Below, piece by piece: positions 14,271 to 31,341 of a stretch of 64,000 bases of DNA (its first letter is position 1; each line of letters opens with the position of its first letter). The notes beneath the pieces were generated by a model, which was not told the DNA's origin, did no database searches, and saw only the letters and a list, made by a program, of their open reading frames with translations. Both the position numbers and the translations under genes were made by a program. Location: NCBI RefSeq assembly GCF_009914755.1, contig NC_060928.1; one strand, 5' to 3'. The stretch is from the human T2T-CHM13v2.0 reference genome, Homo sapiens.

Positions 14271-14609
14271 TACCAAGACCAAATTGATCACAGGGTTGGT
14301 CACTCAAAGACCAACTTCCATTATCATAAAAAATTCTGTTAGACAGTGCTGGTGTAAAGAACAGTGATTCATAGCTGTTTTTAAGTTATAGCCCCCTTTG
14401 AGATTATGAGTTTTGGATTTTTCACTCTCGGTTTTAGGCATATATATATATAGATGTAATATTTTCATATAGTTTAAGGAGTTCACTAGTTTAGAAGAAA
14501 GAACATAAGTGTTTAAAATATGTGCTTTTTAATTTTTGCCCCAGCCACCGTATGATTACGGTCAAATATGTTTTGTATTTTGGTTTAGATGGTATACTAG
14601 AGCTTAAAA

Positions 14610-14850
14610 GCTTGAGATCTGGTATCAGACAGATTTTATTAGAATCTGTAACCAACCATTCAACTAGTTGTTTGGCCTTGAGCAAATTACTTAACATCTC
14701 TAAGCTTCAGTTTCCTTATCTTTAAAAGGGTGGTAATAACATTATCTACCTTATAGAAATATGATAAAAAGTATAATAAATGAGATAATGCACATAAGGC
14801 GCTTAGCATGATGCACAGAATTTAGTCATTACTCAGTAGTGGTTCTTACT
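14610..14850 (+). mobile_element. MIR SINE
   Basis: CCTTGAGCAAATTACTTAACATCTCTAAGCTTCAGTTTCC core. Confidence 0.75.
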
Positions 14851-15222
14851 TGTAACTTGTTTCTTACCTCTCCTTCATTAACTTTTTCCCCTTCTCTTAC
14901 TTCAGAAGTAATTTTGAGTCACTTTTACTGTGTTGTCTTAGTTGATGCTGTTGATGAACAGCTGGCTATTTGGAACCTAAGCCTAGATGGTTCATGAATT
15001 ATATTGTTTAATATTTTGTGATGTTTTCTTAAATTTAAAATGCTCCTTTAATTTTTCCACTATGTATACAGTACAGCTTTTAAAAATGGAACAGTCTTTT
15101 TTAAAGGTCTTAGTTATGCAATATAATTCCTAGATGGTTTTACTGCTATTCATTTATCTAATGAACTTTAGACAAAATCTTTTACTTTTGTTGATGTTAA
15201 CAAGGTCTTTTTCTTCCTATAG

Positions 15223-15276
15223 CTGTGCCTTTGGCTGCAACAAGTATGTTGATTACTCAAGGATTAATTAGTAAAG
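15223..15276 (+). CDS. OCIAD1: OCIAD1 coding exon 3 (SVPLAATSMLITQGLISK)
   Basis: Pyrimidine tract + TAG acceptor, GTAAAT donor, 54 nt in frame. Confidence 0.97.
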
Positions 15277-16958
15277 GTAAATATTTAAAATTTGAATTTA
15301 TTTAGCATTTTGGATACCATGTTTGTTTTGTGGTATTTTCCAGGTCTTTAGAAAAAGTAAAGATAACAATGTATCATATTAAACACTATGTAGAAATTCA
15401 TTGATGAATTTAAACGTTTTATCTCTGTGGACCCACTGGCTCAAATATCATGACTTGAGAATTTCTCCTGCACTAATAGCATCATTAACAATCTGCAAGA
15501 GCAAGAAGGTAACTAAACACCAGTATTAGCAGGGCAAACCTGGTCTAGGTGGGCCAATAGCAACATTATTGCCTAGGAGCTTGTTAGAATGCACATTCAT
15601 GGGGACCAGGAGTCTGTGTTTTAACAAATTCGAAGTGATTCTTATATAATGATTTAAAGATCAGTAGCTCTCTAAACCAGCTTTGTCTGATCACCTGGGG
15701 CGGATGAGTGGCGGTGAGTTAGCATTATTTAAAAAATCAGAATCTCAGGGGTCTGGCAGGTGATCTATTTTTAACGAGCCACCGAGGAGACTTTCTTGTC
15801 CTAAAGTCTATTGGCTCAAATAGTACAGTAGTGGAATTGAGTTTAGATTGAGTATTAAATGTCTTGAGTCCTGCATTTAAAATGTAGTGGAGTAAGCAGT
15901 AGAGTTGCTTAATTCCTTTACTTCATGAACTATCTATCTGGTAATGGGAAGGTGTCCCAGAAAAGGATGGTGACCTTAGGATGGCCTGGAGGCCTATTGT
16001 TTTAATTAACTGGCTCCTTCAAAAATGTGACTTAATGATTGGAAGATTTAGCCTTTTCACATTAGGATATGATGTATGGTACTTAGTTTTGACACAATTA
16101 GTTGATAAAAGTAGTTTTGGAGGCAAATGAGAGGATTTTTGGGGTAAAAATTTATTTAAGGAACTTCTGAAGAACTTCATTACAATACAGTACCATGACA
16201 AAAATCTTAAACATAGAAGCGAGTCAAGATGTATGCACTTATATGTCCTTAAGACTAAGCTGTTTTATAGACTGAGATTGGTTCTGTATTGTGAAACAAC
16301 AACAACAACAACAACAAAACAAAAAAAACCCCACTTGAATTACATTCTTTGTAGGAAAAACTGGCACAGGGATGAAATTACAGTGTTTATTATTGTTCTG
16401 CTTCTTTTATCTATTTTAATCCAGTGTGTCATTTAATAATGATTGGAGCTAGGTATGCAGAAGGTTACACAAAAGAATTTAATAGCTGCTAGTAGTTCAC
16501 TGGAGGAAACAAATGGATGTGAACATATGTTGAAGCAAATAGAAAATTTAATTACATACTTAATAAGCTACTAAATTGTATAGTAGAGACTCTAAGAGTT
16601 GTAGGTGTTCAAAGAAGAAAGATCTTTGTAGGGCTGTTGTAATCAAGGAAAGTTTCTTGAAAGAAGTGGGTTTTGAAGGATGGGCAGGATTTAGATTAAA
16701 TGAGAAGAAAGAACATACCAGGAAGGAGGGACCTGATGATGAAGACAAATAGGCATAACTATTGGGAGAGGCAATCAGGACTGAACTGAAGAGACAAAAT
16801 CATGCAGGGAGGAGTGAAAAATCCATTAAATAGCTGAAGTAGAGCCAGGAGAAATTATAATTTGGATTAGGTTATGAAGAGGAGAAAGTTTTTTAGAGAT
16901 TTTGGGTTTAGGTGCAGTTGAAGACTTTGGGCTACTTGAGGGTACGGTAGAAGTGATA

Positions 16959-17617
<659 letters not shown>

Positions 17618-19052
17618 ATCCCCTTTCATCCACAGTGTGTCATACTCCACGTGGTCTTAGATGTTCCTTCTGTTTCTTCCTGATCTGCCAAAACCATTTA
17701 AACATGCTCAGGTCTCCTCTAACTTGAGAACATTAAAAAGAAAAAAAAATCCTCCCTCATTTGTTTTTCCAGCTACTCCCAACTGCCTCATATTTGAAGC
17801 CAGAGGCAGACTTCATGAATGAGCCCTTCACTTTTTACTTCGTTTAACCCATTGCAGTCAGTGTGAGACTATCCATATGTTCTACCATTTATTGGAACTT
17901 TTCAAAAGTTCAAAAACAAACTTTTCAAAAACAACCTGTTTGTTGCTTAAATATAATGGACAGTTTTTGTTCTTGACCAACGTTACATAACTTTAACCAG
18001 TTTTTCTTGAAATAGTCTATTCTCTTGGCTTCCATGATGGCATATTCCTAAGATTTTTCTCCTACCTCAGGCGATTCCTCTGTTTCATGTTTTTTGAGTG
18101 TCTGATATGTACTATACATTGTTATATAGCACTAAACAACAAAAATTCATTAACTCTTGGTGCTTACATTCTTGTATGGGTTTTTTTGTCTAGTTGTTTG
18201 GGAAATGTTGGTGTTACTATATTTTGGATATAATATATAATATGTATGGCCCTTCTATAGGCTCCTCAAACAGAACTCAACCATTTTCCACAAAACCAAT
18301 TCCTCCTTTCCCTTCATGACTGAGTGGTGTTAGTACTATCCAGGAAACTGGGACATTATCCTTCACATCTATCCCTTATCTGCCTTGTCCAATTAATGTC
18401 TTTTAGCTCTTAAATGTCTTTATTAACTATCTACCTCCATCTGTACTGCCAGCATAATTAATGCAACCATATGTCACAAAGAGTATTGCGTTAACCTTCA
18501 ACAAATCTGTTTGTTTCCATTCTTGCTACTTCTCCTTAGGAAAATAAGCTATTTCTAGCACCTGACAGAGGACATACATAGTGCACATAGTACTCAAATA
18601 TTTGAGGGGATGAATAGCAACCATGACACTATTATCTTTGTCTTAACTCTCTCTCTAGACTGTAAATTCCATGAGAGTAAAGAGTGTGTCCTGTTTCCTG
18701 TTAATATCCAGTATGTAGTACCTTTATGTTGTAAGTGGTCTATAACTAGTTGGTGACAGTATGAAGGAACAACTTTTTAATGTAAAAATAGAGATGTTCT
18801 TACCATCTTCCTTTTTCTATTGTCATCCCAGTTCTTATAAATGAAGGAACTGAGGCTAAAGGCACAGATTAGTTGTCTGTTTTTGTACTTTAATTACATG
18901 AAATCATACACTGAAATATTCTTTTATGTAAGTTCTTTCAACATGGTGAGATTCATCCAGTAGCATGCTGGAACTGGTTTGTACTGGCTCCTGAGAATTG
19001 GTTGTTAAATTTTCGGGAACTTTGGCAAGCTGGTTTTTAAAGTGTTGGTAGT

Positions 19053-19400
<348 letters not shown>

Positions 19401-19449
19401 TTATAGGGAGTGCTGGTTTACCAGCACATCATTGCACTTAACCACATTG

Positions 19450-20830
19450 TTGCATGTAGTTGCCCTATAGTTTTCCTCTGTGTGAATACACCAGTTTATC
19501 TATCTGAACTGTGCATTGATAATTGGTAGTTTTCAATTTTCACTGTTACAATTAGTTTTGCCAAGAATATGGTGCCTTTTTGATAGACATTTTGCTGGGT
19601 CATAGATTTTGTATATATTTATTTAGCTTTAGTAGATATTACCAAACTATTTAGACCAATGTATACTCCTACATTCTCACCAACACTAGCTATTTTTATG
19701 TCTTTTATGTTTTAGCCATTGTGGTAAATAAACACTAATATTGATTGCATTGTGGCTTGAATTTGTATTTCCCTGTAACCAATGAAGTTGAAGACCTTTC
19801 CATTTGTTTATACTTCATTTCAGCATATCTTTTTCTGTGAAGTATCTGTTTAAGTCTGTTAACCATTTTTCCATTGTATTGTCTTTTTTCCTATTGGTTT
19901 TGTGAGACTTCTCTGTATACTTTGGAATTGAGTCTTTTGTCAGATATAGATATGGTGATTATTTTTTCCCCACTCTGTTTAACTGTAGTTTTCAGTGTTA
20001 ATAGAGTCCAATTTATCAGGTTTCTTCTTTCTAATAGGTGCTTTTTGTTGACTCTTTAAGATCTTCGTCTACTCTAAGGACACAAAGATGGTCTCATGCT
20101 TTCTTCTGTAAAATTTTTTAAAAAAATCTTTCATATTTAAATTTTTAAGCCATCTGGATTATTGTTCGATGTAGGATCAAGGTACATTTTCCCCTGTTAA
20201 TGGATATTAATTGACCCAGCACTATATTTGAAAGGACTATGCTGCAGTGTTGTCTTTGTCATAAATCAAGTGTGCAGGTGTGGATCTGTTTCTGGACTCT
20301 TAGTTTTGGTCAGTTTGCCTATTCTTGTACTTAATACCAGACTGTCTTAATTACTACAGCTTTATCATGTAGATTTTGCTATCTGGTGGTAGTCAGTTCT
20401 ATAATACGATTCTTCAGTGTTGCCTTGGCCCTTTGTGTTCCACATGACTCTTAGAATAAGCTTTTCAATTTTTGTAAAACTTTGATTTTAATTGGGATTG
20501 CATTGTATTTATAGGTGAAGTTATGGAGAATTGCCATCTTTAGAATATTGGGTCTTTCAATTCTCAGTAAGTTTTATAACTTGTCAGTGTAGAGATCTTT
20601 CATATCTTTCATTAGATTTGTTCCTGGGTTTTGAGCGTTTTTTTTTTTGGTGCTATAATTAATTCTGTCTTCTAAAAAATGTTTGTTTTTTTGTTTGTTG
20701 TTGGTATAAACAGTTTTTCATACACACACACATATATATTTGGTCTATTGACCTTACATCAAGTGATCTTTCTAAATTTACCTGTTCTAATACTTTGTAG
20801 AGTCTTTTGGATTTTCGTCATATTTCTCTT
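19450..20830 (-). mobile_element. Ancient L1M fragment
   Basis: T-rich degraded L1 ORF2 3'-region motifs (ATTTCCCTG.., TTGACCCAGCAC.., ATTGGGATTGCATTG). Confidence 0.65.
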
Positions 20831-20985
20831 GATACTGAATTCATTTGGTTTTCCCTATTAAACAGTCTAGGGTTCTGTAGGATCATGGAAGGAGCTAATG
20901 TTGTAAGATTATATTTAAAGATAGCCTTTACTGATTTTTCTTTCTGTAACAGTGTTACTCAGAAATACTTAACTCTTTTCTTTAG

Positions 20986-21033
20986 GAATACTTTCAAGTC
21001 ATCCCAAATATGGTTCCATCCCTAAACTTATAC
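20986..21033 (+). CDS. OCIAD1: OCIAD1 coding exon 4 (GILSSHPKYGSIPKLI)
   Basis: TTTAG| acceptor, |GTAAGT donor, 48 nt in frame. Confidence 0.97.
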
Positions 21034-21488
21034 GTAAGTATGAACAACATTGTAGTTTTCATAGCTTTTTAAAACTTAAATAAAATTATTTTTATCAAAT
21101 GTTTTATCATGTCTTACTCATATTAGTTATGTGGTTACATGCTCTGATAAATCAGTTTGTTAAAGCATTTCATTAAGTGGATTACTTGGATATTTTATTG
21201 TTAGCATAAAAAATCATCAGTTGAAATAGGCATTTTTTTGTGTCTTTATAATGTAATAGAACAATTAATTTAAAATTATTTTGTAAGGATAAAGTATTTG
21301 AAAATAAATTTTTGGTCTGTCTATGGGGAAACAAAGTTATGAAGATATTCTGATTAATCAAAATAAAGTATATTTAAAATTAAGCTTAATTTTTAAAAGA
21401 AATCTCTCTAATTTGTATTTTAAAATGTAAATAAGCATAACTTATTTACACATTGCAATATAGTTAATAGAAAAAGAAGCTACATTGC

Positions 21489-21911
21489 CCATCAATGATA
21501 GACTGGATTAAGAAAATGTGGCACATATACACCATGGAATACTATGCAGCCATAAAAAAGGATGAGTTCATGTCCTCTGTAGGGACATGGATGAAGCTGG
21601 GAACCATTATTATCAGCAAACTATCACAAGGACAGAAAACCAAACACCGCATGTTCTCACTCATAGGTGGGAATCGAACAATGAGAACACGTGGACACAG
21701 GAAGGGGAACATCACACACCGGGGCCTGTTGTGGGGTGACGGGAGTGGGGAGGGATAGAATTAGGAGATATACCTAATGTAAACGACGAGTTAATGGGTG
21801 CAGCACACCAACGTGGCACATGTATACATATGTAACAAACCTGCACATTATGCACATGTACCCTAGAACTTAAAGTATAATAAAAAATAAGTAAATAAAT
21901 AAATAAATAAA
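21489..21911 (+). mobile_element. 5'-truncated L1PA (about PA4-5) 3' end
   Basis: ORF2 C-terminus ([17 protein letters not shown]..), 3'UTR and A-rich tail; TSD AGAAAAAGAAGCTACATTGC on both sides. Confidence 0.95.
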
Positions 21912-22533
21912 AGAAAAAGAAGCTACATTGCTCTTCAAAAGAAGTACCTGAGGCTTTTCATGAGTCTTTCAGGTTAGCCTTTCTTTTCTATTTGAAACTC
22001 ATGTGATGCAGTAAGTGCCACGTTTAGGTTATGGTTCGTAATTTATTACTTTAAGGGATTTGTTGCACCTAATTTTACTTTAAAACAATCTTGTGAAAAT
22101 GGCTGTGCATATGATATTCTGTTTTATAGGAAAATAATGGCCTAAATCCTTGTGATCTAGTTCTGTTTATTTAGAACTAGAAATAAATAAATGTTTTGAT
22201 GCTTTTATTCCTTATCCATTCCTCTTCCCATTATACCTTTACTAAATCTTTCCTGTATATATTATAAAGTAATTAGTATACTATAATTGATTTATTTATA
22301 GCAGCTTTATTTTGGCACACTTTTTTTGGAAACTGAATTATATCCATAGACTCTGTATATGAACTCTGATCTGATTTAATTTTGATTTCTTCTACCATTA
22401 TTTCAGGAAATCTCAGTCTTTCTAAACCAAAGACTTATTTAGAATCACACTTTAAAACAAATTTTTCTTTTAGAAAATACTTTTGTCTGAAAGGCACATT
22501 CAGTTACACTTTTTGTTTGATTTTACAAATAAG

Positions 22534-22669
22534 TTGCTTGTATCATGGGATACTTTGCTGGAAAACTTTCTTATGTGAAAACTTGCCAAGAGAAATTCAA
22601 GAAACTTGAAAATTCCCCCCTTGGAGAAGCTTTACGATCAGGACAAGCACGACGATCTTCACCACCTGG
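22534..22669 (+). CDS. OCIAD1: OCIAD1 coding exon 5 (LACIMGYFAGKLSYVKTCQEKF...RRSSPPG)
   Basis: AAG| acceptor, |GTAGGC donor, 136 nt, phase 1-2. Confidence 0.97.
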
Positions 22670-22835
22670 GTAGGCCAGATTCTGATCTTTACTTAAGATT
22701 TTTAATTTTTAAGAAACAACTAGATGTTGCTATAACTCATGGCTCAAAAACATTGCCTGAAGGACCACTGGATACTTGCCATTTGCTGTAGGCTAAAAGT
22801 AATTTGCTTCAAAAATTGGAGCAAGACTTGCCACC

Positions 22836-23461
22836 ATTTATTTATTTATGAATGAATGAATGAATGATGGGATCTCCCTCTGTTGCGCAGGCTGGAGTAC
22901 AATGGCATGATCCTAGCTCACTGCAGCCTCAAACTCCTGGGTTCACAAGGCCCCACTGCCTCAAGCTCCCTGAGTAGCTAGGAATACAGGTGTCAGCCAC
23001 TGCACCCAGCTAATTAAAAAAAAATTTTTTTTATGGAGATGGGGGTCTCACTATGTTGCCCAGGCTGGTGTTGAACTAGTGGGCTCAATCAGTCCTCCTG
23101 CTTTGGCTTCCCAAATTGTTGAGATTACAGGTGTGAACCACTGTGCCTGGTTCTTCATTTTTGTTTTGTTTTGTTTTGAGACAGAGTTTCACTCTGGCTC
23201 CCAGGCTAGGAGTACAGTGGCGTGATCTCGGCTCACTGCAACCTCTGCCTCCTGGGCTCAAGTGATCCTCCTCCCTCAGCCTCTGGAGTAGCTGAGACCA
23301 CAGGCATACACCACCACGCCTAGCTAATTTTTTGTATTTTTTGAAGAGACAGGGTTTTACTGTGTTTACCAGGCTGGTCTCAAACTCCTGAGCTCAAGTG
23401 ATCTGCCCCACTTGGCCTCCCAAAGTGCTGGGATTACAGGCGTGAGCCACTGCATCTGGCC
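22836..23461 (-). mobile_element. Two tandem antisense Alus (22836-23152, 23158-23461)
   Basis: Two diverged Alu dimers. Confidence 0.92.
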
Positions 23462-23979
23462 TTCATTGTTGTAAATATAGAGTTGTGTCCTATTGGGAGT
23501 ACATGTTCTAGAATAAAGGATTTTATCTCGATTCAATTTGGCAAACACCTTTGGTTACTATAGTTTGGACTTTTCTTTTGAATTCCCAAATCTTATCAAT
23601 CCCATCTCTTAACAGATTTCAGCTTTTCATTTTAATGCTTCTTAAACAGATAGGCAAGCAATATAATCCCCATGAGAGAGAATTTGTATCTGCTTTAGCA
23701 AATTAGTGTTTATATAGATTCTTAGCTGTGATATTACCTTCTCAATTGACATGGGAAACGGGCATGGTTATTGAAATTAGACCTGATTTAAAGTGCTTTT
23801 TCTTTCCAAGAACTTTCAAACATACTAAAATTATCTTGAAAGGCTGGGTATACATTTCCTATTTTTCTATACTGACAGTGACTGCTTTTAAGATGTATAA
23901 GTGGGTCAGGACTTTTTAAAAGTGTTTTGTTGGCAGAAAGAAACAGACCTCATTTTACTGATTATAAATAACTGCGTTA

Positions 23980-24278
<299 letters not shown>

Positions 24279-24392
24279 TTATATGTATATATAATTTTGG
24301 AAATAAGCTATATGAAAGAAGTTATTTTAACACTTCTTTAAGATATAGGCAATGACTCATATTTCTTACTACAATATGATTTTCATTTACAG

Positions 24393-24562
24393 GCACTATT
24401 ATCAAAAGTCAAAATATGACTCAAGTGTGAGTGGTCAATCATCTTTTGTGACATCCCCAGCAGCAGACAACATAGAAATGCTTCCTCATTATGAGCCAAT
24501 TCCATTCAGTTCTTCTATGAATGAATCTGCTCCCACTGGTATTACTGATCATATTGTCCAAG
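24393..24562 (+). CDS. OCIAD1: OCIAD1 coding exon 6 (HYYQKSKYDSS...TDHIVQ)
   Basis: TACAG| acceptor, |GTAGAA donor, 170 nt; lies inside ORF 24352..24579. Confidence 0.97.
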
Positions 24563-25452
24563 GTAGAAACTTCTCTTGAAATGAATTTCAACATTTTATG
24601 GTCCAACGTATGTATAAACTTTATTTGATGACCTTTTCTGCTGGATATCACCTGTGTGTTCTACCATCAATCATCAACCTAAACTCAGCATGTTTGTTCA
24701 TTTGTTTCCTCATTCATTCAACTTTTCTTGAGGACCAGTAGGTGTCAAGGACTCTGCTAGACGTGGAAGAAGATGAATAACACTTGGTTCTTGTCCCTGA
24801 AAAACTTTCAGTCTGTTAGAAGATATAGAAATACAAGGATGAATTACTAGTATGTCCCAGTAATTGAAAATACTAAGGCAAGCTTAGTGGAATAGTGAAG
24901 AAGAAATGATAAATCGTGTCTCAGGAAGTAGAGCTCCAGGAAAGGTATAAAAAGGTTACATTTGATAGGCTGGGTTTTAAAGGCTTTCAGCTTCCCTGTC
25001 TGTAATACAAGAAAGAACTGTTGTCAAGTGAGAAAATCCATGTGAAAATGCTTTGTGAAGTTTGTAAATACTAGCTTTGAAGATCACACATGTAAGTGCA
25101 ACAACATCAATTTTGTATTAAGGCTTGGATTTGAATCATGATTGACATTTGCTAGCTATGTGACCTTGTAATACTACTACTACATTATAATAATGTAGTA
25201 ATATTATTATAACTACTTTATGATCCTTTCAGTTTCTTGATCAGTTGAATGGAGATGATACTACCTCTCTTAATGAACTGTTGGAATTAGAGGAAATAAT
25301 CAGAGGCAATGTCTGGCAAATAATAGACTCAAAAAACATTAGTTTCTTTCCTTCAGTCTAGTCGGCAGTAAAAGATGAGGAATTAGAAACGGGAAATACA
25401 GGTCTGTAATTCTTTATCTAAAATCCTGAAATTCAAAAAGGTTTAAGCCAAG

Positions 25453-25765
25453 TTTTTTTTTGTTTTTTGTTTTTTTTTTTTTTTTTGAGATGGAGTCTTG
25501 CTCTGTCGCCCAGTCTGGACTGTAGTGGTGCGATCTCGGCTCACTGCAACCTCCGCCCCCCCAGCTTCACGCCATTCTGCCTCAGTCTCCTGAGTAGCTG
25601 GGACTGCAGGTGCCCGCCACCACGCTCGGCTAATTTTTTGTATTTTTAGTAGAGATGGGGTTTCACTGTGTTGGCCAGGATGGTCTTGATCTCCTGACCT
25701 CGTGATCCGCCCGCCTCGGCCTCCCAAAGTGCTGGGATTACAGGTGTGAGCCACTGCCCCCGGCC
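25453..25765 (-). mobile_element. AluY-like SINE
   Basis: CpG-rich antisense dimer with AGGATGGTCTTGATCTCCTGACCTCGTGATCCGCCC. Confidence 0.93.
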
Positions 25766-26714
25766 TGTTTTTGTTTTTTAATAATTCAACTGGTAATAAA
25801 ATCTGACCTGAATTCATTTAGCAGAATACCCTGACCTAAATTCACATAAGTTATATAAACGTAGACTTTATTTACTTTGCCAGATAAGATTTTTCCTTTA
25901 TTTCATTATAGAAATATTAATGTGTTTGCTTACTCATTCCTGTCCTAAACCTCTGAATGGATGGATATTAAGTAATATAAGGGGTATTTACTGTAGTATT
26001 TTTCTAAAACCTCAGAAACTTTGAATAGTGAAACATACCTGACCCCAAGGTTTGGATAAGGGATTATGGACCTTTGTAGAGTATACTCTTTAAATTTTAA
26101 AAGATTAGAGGGAAAGAAGTTAAAGGGAGGGGAGGGTATACAGTGGAAAGGGAGAAGTTGATTATAGGTCAGAGAAGGTTCTAGAGAATGCAGAAGGGGG
26201 TTCTAGGTAGGTCAGAGTAGCCGCTAGCCATATGTGGCTATTTAAATTAATTAAAGTTAAATGAAATTTAAAATTCAATTTCTCAATTGCTTTGGTAGCA
26301 TTTCACTTGCTCAATAGTCACATGTGCTAGTGGCTACCGTGTTAGTGCCAATATAGAACATTTTCATCATTGCAGAAAGTTATGTTGGACAGCACTACTT
26401 AAGAGCAAAAGTCGGGGCAAAGGGGTGAGTATTAGCCTTGTATAAAGGAAGAGACAGGAAAGAATGGAAGTTCAGATGATTAAAGAATTTGGATGAAAGT
26501 TATTGAGAGCTTCTTAATCCTCAACTCTGATTTTTTTATTTTTTTCTTTAATGGTTGGAAGCAAAGGCATCAAATTAGTCAGAAAAGGAAGGAAGGGAAT
26601 GGGCAGATTAGGAGAGAATGGCTAAAGTCACTATCTTATCTCCAAAGGCAGCTGTCCTTGTTCCTCACTATGTCTCATTTAACCAGTCTGAAGTTCAAAT
26701 CCATTCTTCTTGTA

Positions 26715-27069
26715 CAGTAGTCCCCCCTTATCCATGGGGGATAAGTTCGAAGACCCCTGTGGATGCCTGAAACCTCAGATATTACCAAATCCTTTATGTT
26801 CTATGTTTTTTTGATCTAGATGGCTACTAAGTTACTAACAGGCATGTAGTGTAGACAGTGTGGATATGCTGGACAAAGGGATGATTCAAGTCCTGGATGG
26901 ACCAGAGCAGAACCTCACAAGATTTTATCACACTACTCAGAACAGGGTGTAATTTAAAATTTATGAACTGTTTATTTCTGGAATGTTCCATGTAATATTT
27001 TCAGACCATGGTTGACTGCAGGTAACTGAAACCCTGGAAAGCGAAACCACAGATAAGGGGGCACTACTG
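26715..27069. mobile_element. MER44/Tigger7-like MITE
   Basis: TIRs CAGTAGTCCCCCCTTATC / GATAAGGGGGCACTACTG, flanked by TA on both sides. Confidence 0.85.
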
Positions 27070-28122
27070 TATTCTAGACATGCACTAACTCTTTCCTTGT
27101 GATGACTTGCATCTTCCCCACCATTTGCATTAGGAAATTCTGTTATATAGTTTTTTTCCATACAAAAGCCAACAAACAAAAAGCCCTTTGGTATCTACCC
27201 ACAGACTACTTAGCAAGGCCATGTCTTAATATTATTTTATGCCTTCCACAGCAGCCATCCATCCATCCACTGCTCTGCCTTCTGACCCCCTTCTCTAAAT
27301 CAAAGTGGCTACTTTTTTACTGCTCTCCACATGGGCCAGCAGTGGCCTGCTTTTGCTTTGCCCCAGATGCTATCCTCCCCTACCAGGGCATCTTATTCTT
27401 TGGTTTAAGTCCTACTTTAGTTCTGCTTTCTTTTACCAGGAATTCAGAGAGTTATTAATCTTTTAAAATAGCAAGCACTCCTTCAGAGCTGTTAGGAGAC
27501 TTAGAGTTTATTACAGTTAGATTTAAATCAGTGCCACTTTACATTTTTTTATTCCTTCCAGTTCTTTATAACCTTCCCAAAATAGTAAATCATGTTCTCT
27601 CCATAATGTGGGAAATTCTCCCCAGTCTTCTTCTGTCTGATGTATATTTTCATTATTTGTTCCAGAATTTTATAATGGTAAAATATTTTTTATAAGAAAA
27701 AGTATTAGACCTGGAAGGAACTTCAGAGATCATCTGCTCAAACTACCATATTTCGCAATTGAGAAAACCAGGATTCAAAGAAGCTTAGTGATTTGCCCAA
27801 GGACATTTCCTAATTGTCAGCAGAGTGGGGTTAAGAACCCAAGGTTCCTGAAGTACACACGATTTCCTTCAGAATTTTTAATATAACATATATGGTGAAG
27901 GGAAATGAGTTCAGTAATTACTTATTACTAATGAAATGCAAAGTGTTTTAATCCCAGTATAAGGTTATAATATTTTTCTTTACATTCTTTTTTTAGTAAG
28001 AAAAATGTAGTTTTGAACCATCATATAATACTAGAACTAATTAGGAGAAATTTAAATCCTCTTTGCTTTATATAAGTATAGTATATATTTATTTAGCAGA
28101 ATAAATGTTTATGGTTGAAAAT

Positions 28123-28418
28123 GGCTGGGTGCAGTGGCTCATGCCTGTAATCCCAGCACTTTGGGAGGCCGAGGCGGGTGGATCACCTGAGGTCAGAGTT
28201 CAAGACCAGCCTGACCAATATGGCGAAACCCTGTCTCTACTAAAAATGCAAAATTAGCTGGGCATAGTGGCACATGCCTATAATCCCAGCTACTTGGGAG
28301 GCTCAGGCAGGACAATCACTGGAACCTGGCAGGGGGAGGTTTCAGTGAGTCGAGATTGTGCCCCTGTGCTCCAGCCTGGGTAACAGAGTGAGACTCTGTC
28401 TCAAAAAAAAAAAAAAAA
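28123..28418 (+). mobile_element. AluS SINE
   Basis: TSD GTTTATGGTTGAAAA. Confidence 0.95.
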
Positions 28419-28975
28419 GTTTATGGTTGAAAACATTATTTAATGTATAGTTATGTTGCTTAGAAAATTCTGATTATTCACTGGGATCCTACCTTTGAGT
28501 TCTAAATAAGTATCACAAAAATTATTTTTTAAAAAGTTAATATTAAAAGTATATGCCCAATTTGTATGTCTTATTGAAAACATCTTTGAAAAACAGTACT
28601 TTTGGTGTGGTATGTGGTAGGTAAGACTTTGTAAGTTAAGTAGTTGTTCACTGAATGTTAGCATCTTTTTTTTTTAATGTTCATATGGCCTTTTTTGCTG
28701 TTTATAAATTGTATAAACTATGTTCACTATTTGATCCTGTCAACCAATATTAGGAGTAACCACTGCATTATATTTACATTTGACTCTATGATAATATGTA
28801 ATATTCACATTTTGACTCTCTTTGGGAGAAATAAAGAATAAATGTTAGTTCCCAGGCCAAAATAACAGTTGATACTTTCTTCTGCATCAACATTGCATCT
28901 GTTAGACTGGAATGAAAACAACACATATTCTGATTAAAGGCTATGTTTTATACTTTTCAAGTAATTATTTTCAAC

Positions 28976-29268
<293 letters not shown>

Positions 29269-29799
29269 CTATTTTCAGTATTTTTGTTTAAATTTTGTAA
29301 AAAGGTAAAATAAATGATTTTTGAAAATAGCTGGAGTTGTTTTCATAGAGTCTGTGGTTATAGGACTATTTAACTATATATTGAGTAAAATCTATGCTAT
29401 GTCAAGTTTTATTCAGTTGTCCCTAGTAGAATATATTTCTCTTTTAATTCTGTATACAGTATGAGTAACTCCAGTTTAAAACACTGGTATTTTAATGAGT
29501 TTAAATTGTACTGTTATATATTATGATACATATTTTTCTTCTGGCTGTGGTTTAGTTTTTAAAATTTTTGATGTCCATTTTAATTTTTAGAAATAAAAGC
29601 TTAAAAATATGGGTGGAAGTAGATTTCAGTTTGATGATTATCTTGGTGAAAGTATAGTACCTGTGAAATGGTGGTAATAATTTGATTCTTTATTCTATTT
29701 TGATTGTAGCTCCTTTTGTAAGGAGCATTTGTAAAATTTAGTTGCTTTAGAGTTATACAAATCCTTTTATTACCATTTATTAACTGTTTGTTGTTTTAG

Positions 29800-29952
29800 G
29801 ACCTGATCCCAACCTTGAAGAAAGTCCTAAAAGAAAAAATATTACATATGAGGAATTAAGGAATAAGAACAGAGAGTCATATGAAGTATCTTTAACACAA
29901 AAGACTGACCCCTCAGTCAGGCCTATGCATGAAAGAGTGCCAAAAAAAGAAG
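29800..29952 (+). CDS. OCIAD1: OCIAD1 coding exon 7 (GPDPNLEESPKRKNITYEELRNKNRE...PKKE)
   Basis: TTTTAG| acceptor, |GTATGA donor, 153 nt, phase 1-1. Confidence 0.97.
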
Positions 29953-30092
29953 GTATGATAGTTTAGTCTGAATCACTTTACTGTTGAGGATTGGAAACTA
30001 AAACATTACTTTAAAACAATACTATAAAAAATTAATTAATATGTGATTTAACTCTTCAAGCAATTAACCAAAGTAAAATATTTTTAAAATAG

Positions 30093-31341
<1,249 letters not shown>

